Numbered from the stretch's first letter, positions 23,975-34,468 are shown. The stretch is 64,000 nucleotides of DNA from an uncultured delta proteobacterium (GCA_963828345.1 CAWHEZ010000029.1:69582-133581), one strand, 5' to 3'. The notes: generated by a model from the letters alone, not told the origin. Program-made: numbers and translations.

Positions 23975-24322
23975 ATGAACACCGTTGAGCTGATCGAACG
24001 CGAACAGATGCGGATGGACCTGCCCGACTTCGTCGCGGGCGACACCGTAAAGGTCCACGTCAAAATAAAAGAGGGTGAAAAAGAGCGCATCCAGGCCTTC
24101 CAGGGAGTGGTGATCAGCCGCCGCAAGGGCAACACCGGCGCTACGTTCACCGTCCGCAAGGTGTCCTACGGCGTCGGCGTGGAGCGCATCTTCCCGCTCC
24201 ACTCCCCGATCATCGACCGCGTCGAGATCATCACGCGCGGCCGGGTGCGCCGCGGCAAGCTCTACTACCTGCGCAACCTCAGGGGCAAGGCGGCACGCAT
24301 CCGCGAAAAACGCGTGTCCTGA
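23975..24322 (+). CDS. rplS: 50S ribosomal protein L19
   Basis: [29 protein letters not shown]. Confidence 0.97.
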   Translation: MNTVELIEREQMRMDLPDFVAGDTVKVHVKIKEGEKERIQAFQGVVISRRKGNTGATFTVRKVSYGVGVERIFPLHSPIIDRVEIITRGRVRRGKLYYLRNLRGKAARIREKRVS

Positions 24323-24404
24323 TCCCGTCCAACGCTGTCCAGCGCAGGCCGGGCGGCCGCCCCCAGGGGCCGGCCGCCCGGCCTGCGAATCTTCGGTTTG
24401 ACCG

Positions 24405-25058
24405 ATGCACCTGTGCGCCCACGAAGACGAGGCCGAGCGTTGCGGGTACCGGCTCGTCGCGGGCATCGATGAGGCCGGCCGCGCACCGCTGGCCGGCCCG
24501 GTCGTCGCGGCCGCGGTGGTGCTGCCGCGCGGCTTCACGCACGAGCGGATCAACGACTCGAAGCTGATCCGGCCGGCCCTGCGCGAACGGCTCTACGCGG
24601 AAATCTACGCCGCCGCGCTCACGGTGGGCATCGGGATCGTGGATGCCGTCGAAATCGACCGGATCAACATCCTGAGGGCCTCGCTGCGCGCCATGGCCAT
24701 TGCGGTCGAGAACCTCAGCCCGCGCCCGGACTACCTCCTCATCGACGGGCCCTACCCCACCCCGCTGGACCTGCCCCAGAAACCCATCATCGACGGCGAT
24801 GCCCTGAGCGTCTCCATCGCGGCCGCATCGATTGTGGCCAAGGTCACCCGCGACCGCCTCATGGACGGGTACGACGCGTACTATCCCGTTTTCGGGTTCG
24901 CCCGCCACAAGGGATACCCGACCCAATTCCACCGTGAGGCCATCCGGGCCTTCGGCTGCTGCCCGATCCATCGGCGCACGTTCCGGGGGGTGCGCGAACA
25001 CCTGCCCGCACCGCTGGGAGCGCTGTTCGATGCTCAATCGACGTCAGCAATACGGTGA
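24405..25058 (+). CDS. rnhB: Ribonuclease HII
   Basis: VAGIDEAGRAPLAGPVV, DSKLI, ASIVAKVTRD. Confidence 0.93.
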   Translation: MHLCAHEDEAERCGYRLVAGIDEAGRAPLAGPVVAAAVVLPRGFTHERINDSKLIRPALRERLYAEIYAAALTVGIGIVDAVEIDRINILRASLRAMAIAVENLSPRPDYLLIDGPYPTPLDLPQKPIIDGDALSVSIAAASIVAKVTRDRLMDGYDAYYPVFGFARHKGYPTQFHREAIRAFGCCPIHRRTFRGVREHLPAPLGALFDAQSTSAIR

Positions 25059-25401
25059 GGCCGGGGAGGCCCTTGCGGCCCGCCTGCTGCGCCGGCAGGG
25101 GTACCGCATCCTCGAGACCAACTACCGGACGCCGATCGGCGAAATCGACATCATCGCCCGGGAACGCGACACGATCGTGTTCGTGGAGGTCAAAGCGCGG
25201 CGCTCGCTGCATTTCGGCCACCCCAAGACGGCGGTGACGGCCCACAAGCAGCGCAAGCTCTCGATGCTGGCGCTCTACTACCTGAAAACCACCGGCCAGA
25301 GCGGGGCCAAGGCCCGCTTCGACGTCGTGGCGATCTCGGCCGCGCCCGAACGGCCGGAGGTGGAAATCGTCCGGAATGCCTTCGATCTCGTCTATGGATA
25401 A
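25030..25401 (+). CDS. YraN family (UPF0102) endonuclease
   Basis: GEAGEALAARLLRRQGYRILETNYRTPIGEIDIIA...VFVEVKAR. ATG 25030 lies inside the rnhB 3' end. Confidence 0.85.
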   Translation: MLNRRQQYGEAGEALAARLLRRQGYRILETNYRTPIGEIDIIARERDTIVFVEVKARRSLHFGHPKTAVTAHKQRKLSMLALYYLKTTGQSGAKARFDVVAISAAPERPEVEIVRNAFDLVYG

Positions 25402-26296
25402 GCGCGACAGCGCGGCCGTCCCCGGCACGCTCTACGTGGTCGCCACCCCGATCGGCAACCTCGAGGACATCACGTTGAGGGCCCTGTCGGTGCTGCGCTC
25501 GGTGGATCTCGTGGCGGCCGAGGACACGCGCAAGACGGCGCAGCTGCTGCGCCACTTCGACATCTCCGTCCCGCTGCTCTCCTACTACGACCACAACGAG
25601 ACGGTGCGCGCCCCGGAACTGGTAGACCGCTTGCGGAATGGTGCGGCCATCGCCCTGGTGACGACGGCCGGGACGCCCTGCATTTCGGACCCCGGCTACC
25701 GCGTGGTGGCGGCGGCGGCCGCGGCCGGGCTCCCCGTCGTCCCCGTACCGGGCCCGTCGGCCGCGGCCGCGGCGCTGTCGGCCTCCGGCCTCCCGACCGA
25801 CGCGTTCGTCTTCGAAGGGTTTCTGCCCAAGAAGCCGGGCAAGCGGGCCTCCCGGCTCAAGGCGCTTGCCACCGACCCCCGAACTCTCATACTATACGAA
25901 TCGCCGCAGCGCATCCTCGCGCTGGTCGAGAGCATGCTGCCGGTGTTCGGCAACCGCCCCGCGGTGCTGGCCCGGGAGCTGACCAAGCGCTACGAGGAGT
26001 TCGTCCGGGGCGGACTGGGCGACATCCTCGAAACCCTGAGGCGGCGCGGCGACATCAAAGGCGAATGCACCCTTCTCGTCGCAGGCAGAGCGGAAGAGGA
26101 GGCGGTTTCCTGGGCGGACGCCCGGGAGGCGATCCGCAGGGGGTTGGCAACACGATCCAAGGGGCTATCGGAGTTGGCCAGGGAGGTGGCGCACGCGCAC
26201 GGACTGCCGCGCCAGGCGGTCTACGAGGAAGCACTCGCAATCAAGTCGGAACGGACCGGATTCGACCCCGAATCGGAAGATTGCCCTAATGATTGA
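25394..26296 (+). CDS. rsmI: 16S rRNA (cytidine1402-2'-O)-methyltransferase RsmI
   Basis: GTLYVVATPIGNLEDITLRAL..L..VDLVAAEDTR. Confidence 0.92.
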   Translation: MDKRDSAAVPGTLYVVATPIGNLEDITLRALSVLRSVDLVAAEDTRKTAQLLRHFDISVPLLSYYDHNETVRAPELVDRLRNGAAIALVTTAGTPCISDPGYRVVAAAAAAGLPVVPVPGPSAAAAALSASGLPTDAFVFEGFLPKKPGKRASRLKALATDPRTLILYESPQRILALVESMLPVFGNRPAVLARELTKRYEEFVRGGLGDILETLRRRGDIKGECTLLVAGRAEEEAVSWADAREAIRRGLATRSKGLSELAREVAHAHGLPRQAVYEEALAIKSERTGFDPESEDCPND

Positions 26297-26312
26297 ACCC
26301 CAAAGGAGGAGT

Positions 26313-28509
26313 ATGGAAAAAGATTCAGTTCTGGAGCCGTTGGATGCGATCATGTGCCCGCAGTCGGTGGCGGTGATCGGTGCGTCGACCACCCCCGGCA
26401 AGGTGGGCCACGACATCTTCGTGAACATTCTGAAGGGGGGCTTCACCGGGACGCTTGTACCCGGTCAACCCCAGCGCGCGCTCGATCGCCAGCGTGCGGG
26501 CCTACCCCTCGATCAAGGACATCCCCGACCCGCTGGATCTCGGCATCGTGATCCTGCCGCCCAAGGCCGCGCTGCAGTCGGTGCAGGACGCGGTCGCCCG
26601 CGGGGTGAAGGGCATCGTCATCGTCTCGGCGGGCTTCCGCGAGGTCGGCCCCGAGGGCCGCGCCATCGAGGACCGCATGGTGGCCGTCTGCCGCGAGGCG
26701 GGGGTGCGCATGATCGGCCCCAACTGCCTGGGGGTGATCAACCCCTTGCCCAACGTGCGCCTGAACGCCAGCTTCTCCGCGCGCATGCCGCGGCCCGGCA
26801 ACATCTCCTTCATCTCGCAAAGCGGCGCGCTGTGCACGGCGGTCCTGGACTTCGCGGCCGACCGCAACTTCGGCTTCTCCAAGTTCATCTCCATCGGCAA
26901 CAAGGCCGACGTGGACGAGCTGGACCTCTTGCGCTACCTGCACAAGGACCACGACACCGAGGTGATCCTGCTCTACATCGAGGAGCTGCGCCGCGGGCCG
27001 GAGTTCATCGAGGCGGTCAAGGAGATCACCTGCGGGGACTACCGGCCCAAGCCGGTGCTGGTGATCAAGAGCGGGCGCACCAGCGCCGGCGCCCAGGCCG
27101 CGGCCTCCCACACCGGCTCGCTGTCGGGCACCGAGGGGGTCTACAACGCCATCTTCCAGCAGGCGGGCATCATCCGGGTGGACTCCATCGACGAGCTGTT
27201 CGACTTCGCCACCGCCTTCGCCTACAAAAACGAGAGCGAGCTGGGCAAGATGCGCCGCAAGGTGCCCTCGGGCAACCGCGTGGCGATCGTGACCAACGCG
27301 GGCGGCCCGGGCATCGTCGCCACCGACATGACCATGTTCTCCGGGCTGGAGCTGGCCAAGTTCAAGGACGAGACGGTGGAGACGCTGGCCAGCCACCTGC
27401 CCAGCACGGCCAACCTGCACAACCCGGTGGACGTGATCGGCGACGCCACCACGGAGCGCTACGAGAACGCGCTCGGGGCGGTGATCCGCGACGAGGGGGT
27501 GGACGGGGCGCTGGTGATCCTCACCCCGCAGTCGATGACCGATGTCCTCGGCACCGCCGAGGCGATCGCGCGCATCGCGCGCAAGTCCTTCAAGCCGATT
27601 CTGTGCTGCTTCATGGGGGTGATCGACGTCTCGGCCGGGGTGCGCTACCTGCAGGACCACGGCATCCCGGTCTACAAGTTCCCGGAAAACGCCGCCAAGG
27701 CCTTCGGGGCGCTGTACCGCTACTCCAACTGGCTCAACCGCCAGCACCTGGCGCAGTACCCGCTCAAGCTTCGACCGCGAGCGGGCGGCCAAGATCATCC
27801 AGGGGTGCCTGGCCCGCGGCAAGACGCGGCTGGGGGAGCTCGACGGCATCGGGATCCTGGAGTCCTACGGGTTCAAGGTGCTGCCCACCGAGCTGGCCAC
27901 CTCCGGCGAGCAGGCCGCCGCCGTCGCCGCCGACGATGGGCTTCCCGGTGGTGATGAAGATCGTCTCCGAGCAGATCCTGCACAAGTCCGACGCGGGCGG
28001 GGTCATCGTGGGGGTCGCCACGGCCGAGGAGGCCCAGAAGGCCTACGAGACCATCGTCACCCGGGCGGCCGCCTACAAGCCCGATGCGGTCATCGAGGGG
28101 GTGCTGGTGCAGAAGATGGCCGCCTCCGGCACCGAGGTGATCCTGGGGCTCAACCGCTACCCGGTGTTCGGGCCGCTGCTGATGTACGGCATGGGGGGCA
28201 TCTTCGTCGAGGTCTTCCAGGACGTGACCTTCCGGCTGGCGCCGATCGGCCGCAACGAGGCCCGGCGCATGGTGCGCCAGATCAAGGGCTACAAGCTCTT
28301 GCAGGGGTTCCGCGGCCGGCCCAAGGGCGACATCGAGCAGATCGAAAAGTGCCTGGTGGGGCTGTCCAACCTCGCCATCAACCACCCGGAAATCGTCGAG
28401 CTCGACATCAACCCGCTCCTGGTCCACGCCGAGGGCCAGGGCGCCACCGCCGCCGACTGCCGCATGATCCTCAAAGGCGCCCGAGGCGGACGCGAAACCG
28501 GCGGGCTGA
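26313..28509 (+). pseudogene. Acetate--CoA ligase (ADP-forming), fused alpha/beta type; four +1 frameshifts (~26456, ~27769, ~27935, ~28474)
   Basis: The protein is reconstructed from track ORFs 26289.., 26455.., 27878.. and 26289.. again: VAVIGASTTPGKVGH | YPVNPSARSI...SHTGSLSG... | FDRERAAKII... | MGFPVVMKIVSEQILHKSDAGGV...DCRMIL | KAPEADAKPAG*. Confidence 0.8.
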
Positions 28510-28606
28510 AGCGTATAGAACCCAAAGCCGGGGATCGACGGCCCGCCGGGCGGCACGCCCACCGGCATGGGCCGTCGGTCCCCGTTTTGCTGGATCCGGA
28601 GGAAAC

Positions 28607-29188
28607 ACGAACCTCCCAACCGTCATCTACCCGGTCATCCTGCCGGTCCCGCCCGAGGTCCGTGAGCTGCCGCCGCGCGAGCGGGTCCGGGCGCTCAGCC
28701 GACGGGCGCGCGAGGCCCTGGCGCTTTCGGCCGAACGGCTGGGGGTCGCGCTCGGGCCGCTGGAGAAAGACGCCCGCGGCGCCCCGCTGCCCTGTGCCGG
28801 CTGGTTCTGGTCGCTGACCCACAAGCCCCTCTACGTCGGGGGGGTCCTCGCCCCTCACCCGGTCGGCGTGGACCTGGAGCAGGTCCGCCCCGTCTCACCC
28901 GGGCTCTACCGCAAAACGGCCGCCCCGGACGAGTGGGCCATGGGCGCCGCCGAAGACCGGCGCATCGCGTTTTTTCGTTTCTGGACCGCCAAGGAAGCCG
29001 TTCTCAAGACCGGCGGAGAGGGCATCAAGGACCTCTCCCGCTGCCGGGTCACGCGGATAGACACCGCCGCCCGGCTGCAGGTGGATTATGCCGGCCGGGG
29101 GTGGAGCGTTGACCAGGTCGTGTTCGACGGCCACCTCGCCGCGGTCGCCGGCGGCGGACTCCCGGTACGCTGGGTGCTTCCGGATTGA
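28607..29188 (+). CDS. 4'-phosphopantetheinyl transferase (Sfp/EntD type); start codon unresolved
   Basis: WSLTHKPLYVGGV, VGVDLE and FWTAKEAVLK motifs. There is no ATG/GTG/TTG in frame. GGAGGA at 28598-28603 is followed by an in-frame ACG at 28607. Confidence 0.6.
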   Translation, partial: TNLPTVIYPVILPVPPEVRELPPRERVRALSRRAREALALSAERLGVALGPLEKDARGAPLPCAGWFWSLTHKPLYVGGVLAPHPVGVDLEQVRPVSPGLYRKTAAPDEWAMGAAEDRRIAFFRFWTAKEAVLKTGGEGIKDLSRCRVTRIDTAARLQVDYAGRGWSVDQVVFDGHLAAVAGGGLPVRWVLPD

Positions 29189-29276
29189 GGGTTCAGAATG
29201 AAGTGCACGGGGTTCAGGAAAAAATCCAACCCGAGACGCATGCGTTGCTTTCCTGACCCCCGAACCCTGAACCCTT
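29187..29276. repeat. Inverted heptamer-array element (GGGTTCAGG type)
   Basis: GAGGGTTCAG...CACGGGGTTCAGGAAA is opposed to TTTCCTGACCCCCGAACCCTGAACCC, whose right arm has 7-nt periodicity. Confidence 0.55.
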
Positions 29277-29386
29277 TTCCCTTGGTCTCTCCTTGACTTG
29301 CGGGCCCGGATGGCCGATTAGCGGAGCGAACGCACTCCCCCGCCATTGAGCGGGGAAGTCTTACAACGAGGTGTCTTGAGGGGCAC

Positions 29387-30748
29387 ATGAAACGACCGGT
29401 CAAACGCATCCTGATAGGAGTCGCGATTCTATCCGCGGCGGCCGCCGCGGCGCTCACCTGGGTGGTGCTGCGCGGCAACGGGCAGGCGGTCGCCTATCGC
29501 ACCGCGGCCGTTCAGCGCGGGGACCTGCTGGTCGCGATCAGCGCCACCGGCACGGTCGAACCCGAGGAGGTCATCGACGTCGGCGCGCAGATCGCCGGAC
29601 AGATCCTGTCGTTCGGAAAGGACACCAACGGCCGCACCATCGATTACGGCTCGACGGTCGATCCCGGGATGGTCCTCGCCCGCATCGACGATTTGGTCTA
29701 CGCGGCCGACGCCGCCCAGGCCGAGGCCCAGGTCCGGTCGGGGCGCGCGGCGCTGCAGCGCGCCCGGGCCGACCTGGGGGCGCTGCAGGCCCGGCTGCAG
29801 CAGGCCGAGCGCGACTGGCAGCGGGCGCGCAAGCTGGGGCCGTCCGAAGCCCTGGCCGAGGCCTCGTTCGACGCCTACCGGTCGGCCTACGAGACCGCGG
29901 TCGCCAACCTGGAGGTCGGCCGGGCGACCATCCAGCAGTCCGAGGCCGGGGTCGCCCAGGCCGAGGCCGCCCTCAGCAAGGCCAGGCGCAACCTGAGCTA
30001 CTGCACGATCACCTCCCCCGTAAAGGGGGTCATCATCGACCGGCGCGTGAACATCGGCCAGACGGTCGTCGCCAGCCTCAACGCCCCGAGCCTCTTCCTG
30101 ATCGCGAAGGATCTTACGCGCATGCAGGTGTGGGTCGCCGTCAACGAAGCGGACATCGGCCGGATCCGGCCCGGGCAGATCGTCACGTTCACCGTGGACG
30201 CGTTCCCGGACGACGTGTTTCAAGGCGAGGTCGGCAAGGTGCGCCTCAACGCCTCCATGACCCAGAACGTCGTGACCTACACGGTCGAGGTGATCACCGA
30301 CAACTCCACCGGACGGCTGTTGCCCTACCTCACCGCCAATGTCCAGTTCGAGATGAACCGCCGCAACGGCGTCCTGATGGCGCCGAACAGCGCGCTGCGC
30401 TGGACGCCGACCCTCGAGCAGGTCGCCCCGGACGCACGCGAGGCCTTCGCGGCCGCCTCCGCCGGGCGGCGGGATAAGGGCAAATCCGGCGCAGCGGCCG
30501 TCGGAAACGGACGCGAGGCCGGCATCCGAAGCAACGTGTGGGTGCTCGATGGCGACCGGGTGCGGCCGATCCCGGTCAAAACCGGGCTCACCGACGGGTC
30601 GATGACCGAGGTCGAAGGGCCCCATCTCACCGAGGGGATGGAGATTGTGGTCGGGGTGCAGCCCGCGGGCACCGCGGCCGCACAGGAAACCCGCAACCCC
30701 TTCGCGCCGTCGTTCCGGCCCCGGGGCCCGGGCGGCTTGGGGCGCTGA
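29387..30748 (+). CDS. Efflux transporter periplasmic adaptor subunit (HlyD/MacA family)
   Basis: N-terminal anchor, long Ala/Gln-rich coiled-coil hairpin, beta-barrel C-terminus; upstream of a MacB-type ABC pair. Confidence 0.85.
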   Translation: MKRPVKRILIGVAILSAAAAAALTWVVLRGNGQAVAYRTAAVQRGDLLVAISATGTVEPEEVIDVGAQIAGQILSFGKDTNGRTIDYGSTVDPGMVLARIDDLVYAADAAQAEAQVRSGRAALQRARADLGALQARLQQAERDWQRARKLGPSEALAEASFDAYRSAYETAVANLEVGRATIQQSEAGVAQAEAALSKARRNLSYCTITSPVKGVIIDRRVNIGQTVVASLNAPSLFLIAKDLTRMQVWVAVNEADIGRIRPGQIVTFTVDAFPDDVFQGEVGKVRLNASMTQNVVTYTVEVITDNSTGRLLPYLTANVQFEMNRRNGVLMAPNSALRWTPTLEQVAPDAREAFAAASAGRRDKGKSGAAAVGNGREAGIRSNVWVLDGDRVRPIPVKTGLTDGSMTEVEGPHLTEGMEIVVGVQPAGTAAAQETRNPFAPSFRPRGPGGLGR

Positions 30749-30789
30749 ACCCGGGGACCGACCCGAGATCTGCCAAAGGGCCATCGCAC

Positions 30790-31542
30790 ATGGAACTGAT
30801 CGAGCTGCGCGACATCGTCAAGACGTACCACCTGGGGGACGTGGCCGTGCCCGTCCTCAGGGGGGTGTCCGCCACGATCGGGCGGGGGGAGATGGTCGCG
30901 CTCATGGGCGCCTCCGGCTCGGGCAAGAGCACGCTCATGAACATCCTGGGGTGCCTGGACCGACCGACCTCGGGCGAGTATCGGCTGGAGGGGCAGGACG
31001 TCGCGGGCCTCGACCCGGACGCGCGCGCCCTCATCCGCAACCGGCAGATCGGGTTCGTCTTCCAGAACTTCAACCTGCTGCCGCGCACGAGCGCGGTCGA
31101 GAACGTGGCGATGCCCCTCGCCTACGCCGCCGCGCACCTGAGCGACCGCGACGCCCGCCGACGGGCGCGCGAGATGCTCGCCAAGGTCGGTCTGCAGGAC
31201 CGCATGGACCACGAGCCGTCGCAGCTGTCCGGCGGGCAGCAGCAGCGGGTGGCGATCGCGCGGGCGCTCGTCAACCGGCCCTCGATCGTCTTCGCCGACG
31301 AGCCGACCGGCAACCTCGACTCGAAGACGAGCGTCGAGGTCCTGGCCATGTTCCAGGAGCTCAACCGCGAAAGCGGCATCACGGTCGTCCTCGTCACCCA
31401 CGACGCCGAGGTCGCCCGGCATGCGCGGCGGATCATCCGCATTCACGACGGGACGATCGTCGACGACGCTCCCGTGGCGGAGCCCTTGACCGAATCCGTC
31501 CCCGCGTCCCCGCACCTCGAACCGAAGGGGGCCCCCGCATGA
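30790..31542 (+). CDS. ABC transporter ATP-binding protein (MacB/LolD-type)
   Basis: GASGSGKSTLMN, LSGGQQQRVAIARAL, FADEPTGNLD. Starts at internal ATG 30790. Confidence 0.92.
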   Translation: MELIELRDIVKTYHLGDVAVPVLRGVSATIGRGEMVALMGASGSGKSTLMNILGCLDRPTSGEYRLEGQDVAGLDPDARALIRNRQIGFVFQNFNLLPRTSAVENVAMPLAYAAAHLSDRDARRRAREMLAKVGLQDRMDHEPSQLSGGQQQRVAIARALVNRPSIVFADEPTGNLDSKTSVEVLAMFQELNRESGITVVLVTHDAEVARHARRIIRIHDGTIVDDAPVAEPLTESVPASPHLEPKGAPA

Positions 31543-32906
31543 AGCTCTACCGCGTGCTGCGCACGGCCCTGATCGCGCTCAAGCGCAACCCCATGCGTGC
31601 GCTCCTGACGACCCTCGGGATCGTGATCGGGGTCGGTTCGGTGATCGCCATGATGGCCATCGGGGCGGGATCCGCGGCCGCCATCCGCAACAGCATCGCC
31701 ACCATGGGCGCCAACGTGCTGCTGGTGCTCCCCGGCACGGCCGCAAGCGGCGGCATCAGCTTCGGCTCCGGGACGGTCATGACCATGACCCCCGACGACT
31801 GCGAGGCCCTGATGCGCGACGCCCCGGCCCTGCGCAACGCCGCGCCGGTCGTGCGCGCCCGCACCCAGGTCATCTACGGCAACCGCAACTGGGTGCCCAA
31901 CTCCATGTTCGGGACGACCATGGCGTTTCTGGAAATCCGCGACTGGGCGCTCGCCGAGGGCGAGCCCTTCACCGAGCGCGACATCCTCAACTCCAACCGC
32001 GTCTGCCTCCTGGGGCAAACCCTCGTGCGCGAGCTCTTCCAGGGCGAGTCGCCCGTCGGCAAGGAGGTGCGCGTCAAGGACGTGTCGTTCCGGGTGGTGG
32101 GGACCCTCGCCCCCAAGGGCGCCAACATGATGGGCTCCGACCAGGACGACATCCTGCTGGCCCCCTGGACCACCATCAAGTACCGGGTGACCCGCTCCTC
32201 CCTCGCCACCACGAACCAGAGCGCGGCCGGGTCGTCCGGCAGCAGCGTCAACACGCTCAGCCGTCTGTACCCCTCCGACGCGCCCGCCCTCTACCCCAAG
32301 CCCTCGGAAAGCCAGGTGGCCAACAACCGCATGCCCGTGCGTTTCACCAACATCGACCAGATCCTGACCGCCGCCTGGAGCCCCGATGAGATCCCGGCCG
32401 CGATCGACCAGATCACCGAGATCCTGCGCGAGCGCCACCGCCTGCGGCCGGGGGAGCCGGACGATTTCACGATCCGCGACATGACCGAGATGACCAACAC
32501 CCTGACCTCGACCACCCGGCTGATGACCAACCTGCTCCTGTGCGTGGCCATGATCTCGCTCGTCGTGGGCGGCGTCGGGATCATGAACATCATGCTGGTC
32601 TCGGTCACCGAGCGCACGCGCGAGATCGGGCTGCGGATGGCGGTCGGCGCCCGGGCGCGCGACATCCTGCGCCAGTTCCTGGTGGAGGCCGTGGTGCTGT
32701 GCGTCGCCGGCGGGGCCATGGGCATTCTGCTCGGACACGGCGGCTCGCAGATGGTGCGGGTCGTCATGCGCTGGCCGGTGGAAACCTCGCCGGCCGCGAT
32801 CGTGGCGGCCGTTCTCGTCTCGGCCAGCGTGGGAATCGCCTTCGGGTTCTACCCGGCCTGGAAGGCGTCGCGCCTGGACCCCATCGACGCCCTGAGGTAC
32901 GAGTGA
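31539..32906 (+). CDS. ABC transporter permease (MacB/FtsX-type with periplasmic domain)
   Basis: MacB_PCD-like segment plus a C-terminal FtsX 3-TM module (REIGLRMAVGAR). ATGA overlap with the ATPase stop. Confidence 0.9.
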   Translation: MKLYRVLRTALIALKRNPMRALLTTLGIVIGVGSVIAMMAIGAGSAAAIRNSIATMGANVLLVLPGTAASGGISFGSGTVMTMTPDDCEALMRDAPALRNAAPVVRARTQVIYGNRNWVPNSMFGTTMAFLEIRDWALAEGEPFTERDILNSNRVCLLGQTLVRELFQGESPVGKEVRVKDVSFRVVGTLAPKGANMMGSDQDDILLAPWTTIKYRVTRSSLATTNQSAAGSSGSSVNTLSRLYPSDAPALYPKPSESQVANNRMPVRFTNIDQILTAAWSPDEIPAAIDQITEILRERHRLRPGEPDDFTIRDMTEMTNTLTSTTRLMTNLLLCVAMISLVVGGVGIMNIMLVSVTERTREIGLRMAVGARARDILRQFLVEAVVLCVAGGAMGILLGHGGSQMVRVVMRWPVETSPAAIVAAVLVSASVGIAFGFYPAWKASRLDPIDALRYE

Positions 32907-34423
32907 GACCGTCTCGAGCCACTTCCCACAACGAGGGCCCCGCCCGAGTCATAGGGGCCATCGTGCTTTCCGCGTTCTGCCTGGCCGGCTGCATGGTCGG
33001 GCCCGATTTCCAGCGGCCCCGCGTGGAGATGCCGGCCGCCTATGTCGGCAGCGTGCCGCAGCCGGCCCCGCCTCCCGCCGACCCGGTCGCGGCGTCGCTC
33101 GTGCGCTGGTGGGGGCTCTTCGACGACCCGGTCCTCGCCGGGCTCGTCGAGCGCGCGCTGCAGTCGAACCTGGACGTGCAGGTGGCGGAAGCGCGCGTGC
33201 GGCAGGCCCGCGCGGCCGTTCAGGGGGCGCAGTCCTTCCTCTGGCCGACCGTCGACTCCAGCGCGTCCGTCCGGCGCAGCCGGACGCCCGGCCCGCTCGG
33301 CAACCGCGGCAACGTCGGCACCCTGTACCAGGCCGGTTTCGACGCCGGCTGGGAGCTGGACCTCTTCGGCGGGGTGCGTCGCACGGTCGAAGCCGCCGAA
33401 GCGGACCTCGCGGGCACCGAAGCAGCGCGGCGCGACGTGCTCGTGAGCCTCGCGGGCGAGGTCGCCCAGACGTACATCGACCTGCGCTCGTTCCAGCAGC
33501 GGATCGCCATCGCCCGCCGGAACCTGGAGACCCAGACCCGCAGCGCCGGCATCACACGGCAGCGCTTCCTGGCGGGGTTCGTGAGCGGGTTGGACGTGGC
33601 CAGCGCCGAGGCCCAGGCGGCCACGACCGCGGCCGCGATCCCGTTGCTCGAGTCCGCGGCGCAGCAATCCGTCTACCGCCTGAGCATCCTCCTGGGCCTG
33701 AACCCGGCCGACCTGCTGCCCGAGCTGTCGATCCCCGGGCCGATCCCGCTGCAGCCCCCGGCGGTGCCGCTGGGACTGCCGTCCGAGCTGCTCCAGCGCC
33801 GGCCGGACATCCGGCTGGCCGAAGCCCGCGCACACGCGGCCAGCGCCCGCATCGGGGCGGCCACGGCCGAGCTCTTCCCGCGCTTCACGATCGGCGGATC
33901 CGCCGGGGTGACGTCTGCGGACCTCGGATCGATCGGCCCGGGCAACCGCTTCTGGTCGCTCGGCCCGACGGTCAGCTGGAACGTCTTCGACGCCGGCCGG
34001 ACCCGCGCGGCCATCGAACAGCAGGAGGCGATCGGAGACGAGACGCTGCTCGTGTACCGGCAGGCGGTCCTGAACGCGCTGCAGGAGGTCGAAAACGCGC
34101 TCGTCGCCTCCACGAAGGAGCAGGAGCGCCGCGACGAGCTCGTGAAGGCCGTTGCCAGCAACCGCAAGGCGCTCGATCTCTCCATGCGGCTCTACACCCA
34201 GGGGCAGACCGACTTCCTGAGCGTGCTCGAGTCGCAGCGCGCGCTCACGCTGACCGAAGATGCCCTGGCCAACAGCACCGGCACCGTGCTGACCGAGCTC
34301 GTCGCTCTCTACAAGGCGCTCGGCGGCGGGTGGGAAGAACGCCGGCAGCCCGCGACAGCGCCCGTTAGCGGAGCGTCCCGGCCAGGACCCGCGCGGCCGC
34401 AGCCAGCCGCCGCAGCACGATGA
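32903..34423 (+). CDS. Outer-membrane efflux lipoprotein (NodT/TolC family)
   Basis: Lipobox LAGC followed by MVGPDFQRP; two TolC repeats. GTG 32903 overlaps the upstream stop. Confidence 0.88.
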   Translation: MRPSRATSHNEGPARVIGAIVLSAFCLAGCMVGPDFQRPRVEMPAAYVGSVPQPAPPPADPVAASLVRWWGLFDDPVLAGLVERALQSNLDVQVAEARVRQARAAVQGAQSFLWPTVDSSASVRRSRTPGPLGNRGNVGTLYQAGFDAGWELDLFGGVRRTVEAAEADLAGTEAARRDVLVSLAGEVAQTYIDLRSFQQRIAIARRNLETQTRSAGITRQRFLAGFVSGLDVASAEAQAATTAAAIPLLESAAQQSVYRLSILLGLNPADLLPELSIPGPIPLQPPAVPLGLPSELLQRRPDIRLAEARAHAASARIGAATAELFPRFTIGGSAGVTSADLGSIGPGNRFWSLGPTVSWNVFDAGRTRAAIEQQEAIGDETLLVYRQAVLNALQEVENALVASTKEQERRDELVKAVASNRKALDLSMRLYTQGQTDFLSVLESQRALTLTEDALANSTGTVLTELVALYKALGGGWEERRQPATAPVSGASRPGPARPQPAAAAR

Positions 34424-34424
34424 C

Positions 34425-34448
34425 CCCGGCGGCAACCTTCCCGCCGGG
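34425..34448. terminator. Hairpin CCCGGCGG-N8-CCGCCGGG between convergent genes
   Basis: Perfect 8-bp GC stem immediately after stop 34423. Confidence 0.4.
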
Positions 34449-34468
34449 TCGCTCAGAGACCTCCCGGG

